From positions 1 through 46,245 of the forward strand of contig PLQC01000074.1 of NCBI GenBank assembly GCA_003159675.1: 46,245 nt of DNA. The letters run 5' to 3'. The notes below the pieces were generated by a model that saw only the letters and a program-made list of their open reading frames with translations, made no database searches and was not told where the DNA came from. A program made the position numbers and the translations under genes. Positions 38,483-46,245 of this stretch are shown piece after piece; the stretch's first letter is position 1, and the number at the start of each line of letters is the position of its first letter. The stretch comes from Limisphaerales bacterium. GTDB taxonomy: Bacteria > Verrucomicrobiota > Verrucomicrobiia > Limisphaerales > BOG-1460.

Positions 38483-39067
38483 TTGAAAACAGCGGACGCT
38501 GCCGCCAATCTTCCGATCATGCAATCTGTATTTACAGGACCGGTTTACGTCGTTGGCGACAACATCGACACCGACCAGATCATTCCGGCGCAGTACTTGA
38601 ACCTGGTGCCGACCATTCCCGACGAATACGAGAAACTGGGCGGTTACGCCCTCTCCGGTTTGCCGGAATCGCTTTATTCGACCCGCTTCATTCGGGACGA
38701 CAAACTGGACAGCGACTATTCCATCGTTCTCGCCGGGAAAAACTTCGGCTGCGGCAGCTCTCGCGAGCACGCGCCCATCGCCTTGGGCTCGGCGGGATGC
38801 CGGGTCGTTCTGGCAGAGAGCTTCGCCCGAATCTTTTTCCGAAACAGCGTTGCGACCGGCGAACTATACCCGTGTGAACTCACGGAGCGGTTGTGTGACA
38901 TCTTGAAGACCGGTGAGATTGTCACCGCGGACCTCGATGCTGGGACGGTGACGGTTAAGGCCACCGGCAAGGTATGCCACTTCAAACCGCTCGGGGACGT
39001 GCGACCGGTAGTCGATGCGGGAGGCCTCTTCAACTACGCGCGAAAGACCGGGATGATCCCTAAATGA
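38483..39067 (+). CDS. LeuD-like small subunit (3-isopropylmalate dehydratase small subunit / aconitase swivel domain), stand-alone
   Basis: It has [19 protein letters not shown] and [17 protein letters not shown]. The true start may be the internal MQSVFT. No leuC lies adjacent. Confidence 0.7.
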   Translation: MKTADAAANLPIMQSVFTGPVYVVGDNIDTDQIIPAQYLNLVPTIPDEYEKLGGYALSGLPESLYSTRFIRDDKLDSDYSIVLAGKNFGCGSSREHAPIALGSAGCRVVLAESFARIFFRNSVATGELYPCELTERLCDILKTGEIVTADLDAGTVTVKATGKVCHFKPLGDVRPVVDAGGLFNYARKTGMIPK

Positions 39068-39132
39068 AGTTGAATCCCGGACCCGGTTGAGGAGCGATCG
39101 ACGATTCGCACCCCGAACCTCCGACAGCGAAC

Positions 39133-41067
39133 TTGCGAATGAATCTGCTCCCCTGCCCTCGCCATTTGCAGCGCGGCGCAGGCTGGTTGCTGCTGCCGAA
39201 ACGCGCCGTCCTGCGCCTGAACGATTCGCTTCCACCGCAGGCCGTCCGCGGCATTGTCCGGCGGCTGCGATCCGCAGCGAACGAAATCGGTGTCCAACTG
39301 GCCCCAACCCGCAGGAGCCGGCGCGTGGCAGTTTCGATTTCATTGGTCGAAACCCGTCATGCCCTCGCGCCGCGGTCCGCTGCTGCGGGCGCCGCCGAAG
39401 CGTACACCCTCACCATCAAGCCGGGCGACATCACAATCGTGTTCCGCGAGATCGGAGGACTCCACGCTGCCATCGCCACGCTGCGTCAATTGTTTCGCGA
39501 ATACGGACGCCGCCTGCCGTGTCTGGACATCCGGGACTGGCCGGACTTTCCGCGGCGGGGCGTGATGCTGGACGTTTCGAGAGGCCGGGTGCCCCGGCTG
39601 GAAACATTGCTCGGCCTGGTGGATCACCTTGCCGATTTCAAAATCAATGAGTTTCAACTCTACATCGAGCACACATTCGCTTATCGCGGTTTCCGCCCGG
39701 TGTGGAAGGACTGGGGCGCGTTGACCGCAGGCGAAATCGTGAAACTGGATTCCCGCTGCCGCGAACTGGGGATCGACCTGGTGCCCAACCAGAATTCATT
39801 CGGCCATTTGCGCCAGTGGCTCGAGTATCCGCCGTTGAAGGCGCTGGCCGAGGTGGCCGAGCCTTACGACAATGCGGACGGTGATTTCCTGCGTTATCCC
39901 TCGACGCTCGCCCCGAATCATCCGGGAACACTTCCGTTTCTGCGCCGGTTGTATGACGAACTGCTGCCGAATTTTTCGAGCCGTTATTTCAACGTCGGGT
40001 GCGATGAGACGTGGGATCTCGGCCGTGGCCGGAGCAAGGCGTTGTGCGAGCGCAAGGGCAAAGGACGCGTGTATCTCGATTTCCTGAAAAAAATCCATCG
40101 CGAAACGTCCGCGCGCGGCCGGCAGATGATGTTCTGGGGCGACATCGTGCTGCATTACCCGGAGTTGATCGGCGAACTGCCAAAGGACGTCATCGCGCTC
40201 GACTGGGGTTATGAGGCGGCGCATCCGTTCGATCGGGAGGCATCCTTGTTTTCAAGGTCGCTTCCGCGCTTTTATGTGTGTCCTGGAACCTCCACCTGGA
40301 TGACGTTCATCGGCCGTCACGATAACGCCCTGGCGAACCTGCGCGCCGCGGCAGCCGCCGGGTGCCGGCATGGCGCGGCGGGATATCTCATCACCGATTG
40401 GGGAGACGGCGGGCATCCGCAGCCACTGGCGGTGAGTTACCTGCCCTACCTCGCCGGAGCTTCCCTGTCATGGTGCGCGCAATCGTTTGACGAAAATTTG
40501 ATGGTGCCTGTCCTGAACCGCGACATTTTCTGCGATCCGACCGGGCAACTGGCCCGGGCGGCGCTGGCTTTGGGTCTGGCGCATCGCAGATTCCGCTTCA
40601 CCGAACCCAACGCAACGCCCTTCGGCACCACATTGGCCGCACCGCCGTCCGGGTCGCCCGAATTGTTTTGCCGGAACGGACTGAAGAATCACTCGCGCAT
40701 CCCGGTCGGAAATGTTCGTGCCGCCCTGTCTGAAGTGGAAAGGCGGAGGGTGAACCTGAGGCGATCACGGCCCGGGACCCGGACGGGAAGGATCCTTGCC
40801 CGGGAATTGGAAATGGCCGCGCGGATGGCCGCGCATTCCTGCAAATTCATGCTCTGGCAGCAGGCGGTGGCATCCGGAAAACGCGGGCAGGCCCGACGCC
40901 TCGCCGAAAAGGGCATCCGCGAACTCCGCGGAATCGGCGAGGACTTCAATGCGCTGTGGCCCGTTCGGAACAAGGGCACGCCGGAGAAGTGTTCGGCCTT
41001 TTTGAGCTGGCGGATGGCGGACTACAGGCGGGGCCGGACGACGGAACCTCAGGGTTTCGCCCGGTAA
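39133..41067 (+). CDS. glycoside hydrolase family 20-like (beta-N-acetylhexosaminidase-like)
   Basis: It has a GH20b-like N-domain (YTLTIKPGDITIVFREIGGLHAAIATLRQL), the catalytic-domain opening RGVMLDVSRGRVPRLETLLGLVDHLADFKINEFQLYIEH, and an NVGCDETWD block that matches the GH20 H/N-x-G-x-D-E signature. Confidence 0.55.
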   Translation: MRMNLLPCPRHLQRGAGWLLLPKRAVLRLNDSLPPQAVRGIVRRLRSAANEIGVQLAPTRRSRRVAVSISLVETRHALAPRSAAAGAAEAYTLTIKPGDITIVFREIGGLHAAIATLRQLFREYGRRLPCLDIRDWPDFPRRGVMLDVSRGRVPRLETLLGLVDHLADFKINEFQLYIEHTFAYRGFRPVWKDWGALTAGEIVKLDSRCRELGIDLVPNQNSFGHLRQWLEYPPLKALAEVAEPYDNADGDFLRYPSTLAPNHPGTLPFLRRLYDELLPNFSSRYFNVGCDETWDLGRGRSKALCERKGKGRVYLDFLKKIHRETSARGRQMMFWGDIVLHYPELIGELPKDVIALDWGYEAAHPFDREASLFSRSLPRFYVCPGTSTWMTFIGRHDNALANLRAAAAAGCRHGAAGYLITDWGDGGHPQPLAVSYLPYLAGASLSWCAQSFDENLMVPVLNRDIFCDPTGQLARAALALGLAHRRFRFTEPNATPFGTTLAAPPSGSPELFCRNGLKNHSRIPVGNVRAALSEVERRRVNLRRSRPGTRTGRILARELEMAARMAAHSCKFMLWQQAVASGKRGQARRLAEKGIRELRGIGEDFNALWPVRNKGTPEKCSAFLSWRMADYRRGRTTEPQGFAR

Positions 41068-41326
41068 TTCAGAGCAAAAAGGATGACGCCAATGCCGATG
41101 CACACAAGAATTGCCAGCAGCAGCGCGAGGAGAAAAAATCTCATGTGACGCCGCCGTTGCCCGTGCGGTCCCGGGAAGAGCAGCTTTTCTATGTAATCTC
41201 GAGTTCGTGCCATTGTTGGACCCAAGTTCGTGAACAGCGTGCAGGGCGCCGTGGCGGCGATCAAGTTCTTTCTGATCAGGTCAAATCCCCTTGCCAAGAA
41301 CAAGAGCCGTCTCCCAAGCTGCAAGA

Positions 41327-41524
41327 ATGCAATCGCACGAACTCCTTCGTGAGATGTTTCAGAAATGCAGCGCAAAACAAATCGCCGCGCAACTCGGCCT
41401 TTTGCTGTCGATGGTTTACAAGTGGGCCGAACCCGGCGACGGAACGGGCAGCGGCGCGGCGAATCTTCTCGACCGCCTCGAAGCGCTCCTGCGCCGCACG
41501 AAAGATCCACAGCTGATCCAATAG
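41327..41524 (+). CDS. small Cro/CI-type (YdaS-like) HTH protein, putative
   Basis: This is a 66-aa ORF. MQSHELLREMFQKCSAKQIAAQLGLLLSMVYKWAEPGDG resembles Cro/YdaS HTH (LAxxLGvsxsxVsxW). The listed ORF has an N-terminal extension. Confidence 0.35.
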   Translation: MQSHELLREMFQKCSAKQIAAQLGLLLSMVYKWAEPGDGTGSGAANLLDRLEALLRRTKDPQLIQ

Positions 41525-41633
41525 CATGACGCGGCGAGTCGAAATTGTGGCTTTTCAGCCGAAGAAATTTGACGGACGAGGCGGCTATTCGTCCCGGACT
41601 GGCTTGAAACGTGCTCAAGAACCTGGCCTGTAG

Positions 41634-43982
41634 ATGATTTCGCACCCTCAACGCAAAAACCAGGATGCGCTATGGATGCACCCGCCCCACGAGCGGGTTT
41701 GGCGTCGGGACGCCGCCAAGGCAGTGAAGAATCTGGTGCTGTGCCTGTTCTGTTGCCTCCTGCCGTGCGCGGCCCATGGCCAAGGCACGGAATTGAGCTT
41801 CGCTGACTTCAACAGCCAGAGTCCGTTCAACAACTTTTCCGGCGACAACGGAAACTTCGCCAGCAAAGGCGCGAGCCTCGCCACCGCGTTCGACAACCAA
41901 ATATTTCGAGGCCCGAACGGGGCGTCGTTGCGGCTCAACTACGCGGTCCCCGCCGGTTTCTGTGGCGTGTGGTTTTCCCTGCTCGGCAAGGCGAGCTTTC
42001 CCAGATACACGGTAAATTTTACAAACCTCTACGGCCCTTTGAAGAACAGCACTGGAAATCCTTCACGGGTCGAACAGGTCCGGGTGAAGACGTTCAGTTT
42101 CTGGGCGCGCGGCGATGGCAACGGAGAATTCGACCATGAGATCAAAGTTGAATTCAAGGACCCGGACCGGGTGCTGGGCAGCGCCGTGTTTGCCGTGCCT
42201 AACGGAACCAACTGGGTCCGCTTCGATTTCCCGATCCGCCAGTTCGGGGCCGCCGACCTGTCGCGCATGAAAGAGGTGGTTTTTGTCATCGAAGATTGGA
42301 GGAACAACAATCGAATCGGCCGCCTTTACCTCGATGACCTCTCGTTCACCACCGATGAGCCGGCGTACAATCCCGAGTTGTGGTCGGACGACGCCGTGCT
42401 CGATCTGGTGGCCCAACGCGCATTCTTTTACTTCCTGACGTTCACCGATGACTCCGGTTTCGCGCTGGATCGTTCCACGTATTCGGACATGGTCAGCGTG
42501 GGGACGATTGGCTTCCAACTGACCGCCTATTGCATCGGGCACCGGCGCGGTTGGGCCGACAGAGCGGAGCTGGAAAACCGGGTGGTAACCATTCTCCAGA
42601 ATCTGCACGATCTGCCGATGGGCCCCGAGGAGGGAATGTCGCGGGCGGGGTACCGCGGATTTTACTATCATTTCTTGAAGGCGAATTCAGGCCGGAGAAT
42701 GGACGATCATGTGGAGCTGTCCCTTTATGACACCATGCTCCTGATGTATGGCGTGTTGAGCTGCAGGGAATATTTCAGCGCCAACCCCCGCATCCAAACC
42801 CTCAGCCAGCAATTATACGATCGCGTCGAATGGGACTGGTTTGTGGACCATACCCCGGGGATCAACTCAAACCGCTTTTACCTCGCCTGGCAACCGGCTC
42901 CGAACCGGCAGGGGACTTTTCTGAAACACGTGGACGGTCAGACCGACGAGGCCTTCATGGTGGATGTCCTGGCCATGGGTTCGAGAACACATCCGACCTC
43001 GCTCGAAAACTATATCGCCCGAAACCGGGTGTACGGTTCGTATCCGCCGGCCAATCCTCAAAGCATCATGGTTTCCTGGAGGGGTTCGCTGTTCAACTAT
43101 TTCTTCGCCAGTTGCTGGCTGAACTTCAAGGATCGGGGACTGGATCTGCATCCGAGCGGGCCGCGCGACCTGTGGGAGAACGACAAACTGGCCATTCTCG
43201 CCAATCGCAGGTTTTGCCTCGATCATGCCGGCCGGCGCAGCGGCGGCCTCGACGACCACTACTTGACCTATGGCGACACGGCCTGGGGGCTGACCGCATG
43301 CGATAATCTCGTTCCTCCCGCGTCCGGTCTCCCCAGCGAATACTTTTCCTTCGGCGCACTGCCCACGGAGGAAAACATCCGTTTCGGGACAAAACCTCCC
43401 CAGGCCGGCACGCTCGCCGTGTATGGTGCGGTCAGCTCGATCAATTTCGTCCCGCAGACCGCCCTCGCCGCCTTGCGACACTATTTTCAAATCCCCGGCC
43501 TGTGGAGTCCCCTGTTCGGCTTCGGGGACGCCTTCAGCCTAGACCCGCATTATCTGGGGTCTCCGTACGATACGGAAGGAAACCCAACCGTCCGGTTCGC
43601 CGATTACCTGAACGGCCCGTGGATCAACCATATGGTCATGGGAATCAATGTCGGTCCGATGCTGCTGGCGGTAGAGAATTACCGGAGCCGGTTGCTGTGG
43701 GAATTGACCGCGCAGAATCCCGAGATCAAAGGCGGACTGGATGCCATCTTCGGCGCGTGCTCGCCCCATGTCGTCAAGGTTTCAGTCGACCCGAACGCCA
43801 CTCATACCCGGGTGAACCTTCGGTGGGAATCCGGCCATGGAGCGTCGCACTATAACATCTACTCCTCGACCGACCTGCAAAACTGGACCTTGCTCAAGCG
43901 CGGCATTCACGGCACCGACTGGACGGACACCGAACTCGCGGCGGGCTCCCAGCGATTCTATCAGGTGAAGGGGCTCCCCTAG
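41634..43982 (+). CDS. secreted glycoside-hydrolase-like protein, probable (alpha/alpha)6-barrel (glucoamylase/DUF3131-like) with C-terminal Fn3-like domain
   Basis: It has a signal peptide (LVLCLFCCLLPCAAHG) and a long central region rich in conserved aromatics and acidic residues (FYFLTFTDDSGFALDRS, YDTMLLMYGVLSC, WGLTACDN). The C-terminal beta-sandwich-like block ends in a WxxxxRFYQV-type motif. Family assignment is tentative. Confidence 0.45.
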   Translation: MISHPQRKNQDALWMHPPHERVWRRDAAKAVKNLVLCLFCCLLPCAAHGQGTELSFADFNSQSPFNNFSGDNGNFASKGASLATAFDNQIFRGPNGASLRLNYAVPAGFCGVWFSLLGKASFPRYTVNFTNLYGPLKNSTGNPSRVEQVRVKTFSFWARGDGNGEFDHEIKVEFKDPDRVLGSAVFAVPNGTNWVRFDFPIRQFGAADLSRMKEVVFVIEDWRNNNRIGRLYLDDLSFTTDEPAYNPELWSDDAVLDLVAQRAFFYFLTFTDDSGFALDRSTYSDMVSVGTIGFQLTAYCIGHRRGWADRAELENRVVTILQNLHDLPMGPEEGMSRAGYRGFYYHFLKANSGRRMDDHVELSLYDTMLLMYGVLSCREYFSANPRIQTLSQQLYDRVEWDWFVDHTPGINSNRFYLAWQPAPNRQGTFLKHVDGQTDEAFMVDVLAMGSRTHPTSLENYIARNRVYGSYPPANPQSIMVSWRGSLFNYFFASCWLNFKDRGLDLHPSGPRDLWENDKLAILANRRFCLDHAGRRSGGLDDHYLTYGDTAWGLTACDNLVPPASGLPSEYFSFGALPTEENIRFGTKPPQAGTLAVYGAVSSINFVPQTALAALRHYFQIPGLWSPLFGFGDAFSLDPHYLGSPYDTEGNPTVRFADYLNGPWINHMVMGINVGPMLLAVENYRSRLLWELTAQNPEIKGGLDAIFGACSPHVVKVSVDPNATHTRVNLRWESGHGASHYNIYSSTDLQNWTLLKRGIHGTDWTDTELAAGSQRFYQVKGLP

Positions 43983-43988
43983 GATTGC

Positions 43989-44918
43989 CTATTGTTGCAG
44001 GGATTCCAGGAAGCGTTCGGCCTCGATCGCAGCGGCGCAACCCGTCCCGGCCGCCGTGATGGCCTGCCGGTAAACAGGGTCCGAGCAATCCCCGGCCACA
44101 AAAACACCCGGCACATTCGTCGCCGCGCCTTTTCGGGGCACGATGTAGCCGTTGGCGTCTCTGGTGATGGCGCCCTGGAAAAGCTGTGTGTTGGGAACAT
44201 GACCGATGGCGACAAACACCCCCGCGGCAGCAATCACCGTTTCCTGGTTCGTCTTCAGATCCTTCACGCGCACGCCCGTGACCTTGCCCTGTTTCGTGTC
44301 CAGGACTTCGGCGACCACGGAATCCCAGACCGGCTTGATCCTGGGATTTGCAAGGGTGCGATCGGACATGATTTTCGACGCGCGCAAGATGTTCCGGCGG
44401 TGAATGAGATGGACCTCGGAGCCGAACCGGGTCAGATAGAGCGCCTCTTCACAGGCCGAATCCCCGCCGCCAACGACGACCAGCGGCTGGTTTCGAAACA
44501 TCGGCAGCGCGCCGTCGCAGGTGGCGCAGTACGTCACACCTTTGTTTTCCAACAGATGTTCGCTTTCCAGGCCGAGATGCCGATGGCTCGCGCCCGTGGC
44601 GATAATGAGCGTTTGCGCTTCGACCGATTCGCCGTCCACGGTGAGCGCGAACGGTCGCGCGCCGAGATGGGCCGCCTCCAACGCGCCGAACCGGACGCGG
44701 GCCCCGAATCGCTCCGCCTGCTTCTGCATGCGCACCATCAATTCGTAACCATCGACGCCTTCGGGAAATCCGGGAAAGTTCTCGACCGTGCTGGTTGTTG
44801 TGAGCAGGCCGCCGGGTTGCTTGCCGGTAATGACCAGGGGGCTCAGGTTCGCGCGCGCCGTGTAGAGTGCGGCGGTCAGGCCCGCGCAACCGGTGCCGAT
44901 GATGACGACTTTTTCCAT
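43989..44918 (-). CDS. trxB: thioredoxin reductase
   Basis: It starts at MEKVVIIGTGCAG, which is the FAD-binding GxGxxG. It has the redox-active CATCDG and the NADPH-site GGGDSA. The protein is about 309 aa. Confidence 0.9.
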   Translation of the reverse strand: MEKVVIIGTGCAGLTAALYTARANLSPLVITGKQPGGLLTTTSTVENFPGFPEGVDGYELMVRMQKQAERFGARVRFGALEAAHLGARPFALTVDGESVEAQTLIIATGASHRHLGLESEHLLENKGVTYCATCDGALPMFRNQPLVVVGGGDSACEEALYLTRFGSEVHLIHRRNILRASKIMSDRTLANPRIKPVWDSVVAEVLDTKQGKVTGVRVKDLKTNQETVIAAAGVFVAIGHVPNTQLFQGAITRDANGYIVPRKGAATNVPGVFVAGDCSDPVYRQAITAAGTGCAAAIEAERFLESLQQ

Positions 44919-44937
44919 AAGCGGGCGCAAGGTAGTT

Positions 44938-45936
44938 TCAACCCGCGGGGTTGGCAAGCGCGTAGGCCCGGAGAATGTCATCCATCTCCTTGTTCACCGC
45001 TTCATCCACACGCCGCCGCCTTTCGTCAGCGTCGAACCACGCCAGCGTCCGCCGGATGCCCTCCCGGAACGGTATGATGGCCTCGAACCCGAGCACGAAA
45101 GTTTTGATTTTGCTGTTATCGAAGACCACGCTCCAGGCTTTGTCCCCCAGAAGACTTCCGGTCATCCGCGGAACCATGCGCGCGAGAAAATCGGACGGGA
45201 TATGCACGAGGTTCGCCTGCACGCCCAGGGCTCCGGCGATGGTTTCATAAATCTGATTCCAGGTCAGCACCTCGTCCGATGTGATATGGAATGCGTGACC
45301 CAGGGCCTGTCCGTTGCCGAACAACCCGATCAAGCCGCGTCCAAAATCCTCCGCATGCGTCACCACCCACAGGGACGAACCATCGCCGTGGACGATGATC
45401 GGCCGGCCTCTTTTCAACCGATCCGCCAGGGTGTAGCAACCCCAGCCGCCGATCGCGATTGGGAAGTTCGGATCGTACGTGAGCGACGGGCGCACGATGG
45501 TGACCGGGAACCCCTCCTCACGGTAGGCCCTCGTCAACCGGTCCTCACAAGCGATCTTGTCGCGCGAATAGCTCCAGAACGGATTGTGCAACGGAGTGGA
45601 TTCCGTGATCACGTAATGGGCGGGCGGCTTCTGATAGGCCGACGCGGAGCTGATGAAGATGTAGTGTTTGACCCGGCCCCGGAAAAGCGCCAGGTCGCGC
45701 TCGATGTGCTCCGGCGCATAGGCGATCCAGTCAACAACAACGTCGAACTGCAGGTCTTTCAAAACGGAGCGGACCTCCTCCGGCTTTTGCATGTCAACCA
45801 CCAGCCTGTGGCTGCCCGCAATCTCCACATCGCGCAAACCCCGGTTCAGGAGGTAAAGATCGAACCCCTTCGCGATGGCCAGGCGGCTGACTGCCGAACT
45901 GATGAAGCCGGTGCCCCCAAGGAATAGTACTTTCAT
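44938..45936 (-). CDS. NAD-dependent epimerase/dehydratase (extended SDR)
   Basis: It starts at MKVLFLGGTGFISSAVSRL, which is the Rossmann GxxGxxG, and has the downstream SDR pattern. The protein is about 332 aa and the listed ORF has a 19-aa 5' extension. Confidence 0.8.
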   Translation of the reverse strand: MKVLFLGGTGFISSAVSRLAIAKGFDLYLLNRGLRDVEIAGSHRLVVDMQKPEEVRSVLKDLQFDVVVDWIAYAPEHIERDLALFRGRVKHYIFISSASAYQKPPAHYVITESTPLHNPFWSYSRDKIACEDRLTRAYREEGFPVTIVRPSLTYDPNFPIAIGGWGCYTLADRLKRGRPIIVHGDGSSLWVVTHAEDFGRGLIGLFGNGQALGHAFHITSDEVLTWNQIYETIAGALGVQANLVHIPSDFLARMVPRMTGSLLGDKAWSVVFDNSKIKTFVLGFEAIIPFREGIRRTLAWFDADERRRRVDEAVNKEMDDILRAYALANPAG

Positions 45937-46096
45937 GGGGCCAGTTCTAGCCCTGGCAGCAACTAATTGCCAACTGAAATCTCCGCAGCGCAAACGCTGA
46001 GTTCAAGCGTTTAGTCGTGCCCTGCTCTCACGTCACTCTCAATCCATCGCGCAGATACACTCCCAATTCCAGAGCAGCCACGAGAGAATCCAACTG

Positions 46097-46245
46097 CTAT
46101 TTCAAAGTGAACGGGCCGGTGCTGGTGTCGGTCAACGTGCCGGTGTTGTCGAATGAACTGGTGAAATAAGTGCCTCCGGCCGCCGACTTGAATGTCACCT
46201 GCACATACGCCGTCTGCCCCGCATCGGCCGCATCTGTGAAAGTCA
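46097..46245 (-). CDS. 3' end of an unidentified gene running off the window (partial)
   Basis: The open minus-strand frame reads ...DAADAGQTAYVQVTFKSAAGGTYFTSSFDNTGTLTDTSTGPFTLK and then TAG. The Thr/Gly/Ser-rich beta-like tail is typical of secreted proteins. No start is visible. Confidence 0.2.
   Translation of the reverse strand, partial: TFTDAADAGQTAYVQVTFKSAAGGTYFTSSFDNTGTLTDTSTGPFTLK

Noticed and set aside
41049-41651. 200-aa minus-strand ORF between the two GH-like genes
   Set aside because: It is Arg-rich with no domain features, and it overlaps the end of the GH20-like gene and the start of the next gene. Only the small plus-strand HTH ORF was retained, at low confidence.

Overview
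This is a GC-rich bacterial chromosomal segment of about 46 kb. Gene content and the long-form IspH suggest a Verrucomicrobiota- or Planctomycetota-like Gram-negative, but that is a guess. Most of the window is densely packed core and housekeeping genes. These are an NfeD-flotillin module extended by a PLDc_N mini-protein and a beta-carbonic-anhydrase-like protein, dgt-ispH, tRNA-Pro(TGG), a LysR regulator, a PII (GlnB/K) gene, an APC permease, a fused PP2C phosphatase/Ser-Thr kinase, two two-component systems, glucokinase, an ECF sigma module, lepA-lepB, glgA-serS, MOSC, a LeuD-like gene, two glycoside-hydrolase-like genes, trxB and an SDR epimerase. Four stretches look accessory or scarred. 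(1) A roughly 1.8 kb islet downstream of tRNA-Pro carries a ParD-like/PIN toxin-antitoxin pair and a truncated secreted beta-propeller gene. It is bounded by a 15/17-nt copy of the tRNA 3' end. (2) At 15.6-16.1 kb an internal amtB fragment and a transporter C-terminal fragment abut. The PII gene lies 6 kb upstream, next to an APC permease instead of amtB. (3) A low-GC accessory block at about 28.6-34.7 kb holds two divergent paralogous 156-aa ORFs of unknown function with AT-rich leaders that share short motifs. It also has a G-rich tract, an alpha/beta hydrolase, an IS66 transposase remnant and membrane proteins of unknown function. (4) A 300-nt low-GC spacer at about 20.95-21.24 kb ends in a strong intrinsic terminator and carries a perfect 18-bp palindrome, so it is a candidate sRNA. 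No CRISPR array, rRNA or intact mobile element was seen. All calls rest on reading the translated ORFs and the DNA by eye. No searches were run.
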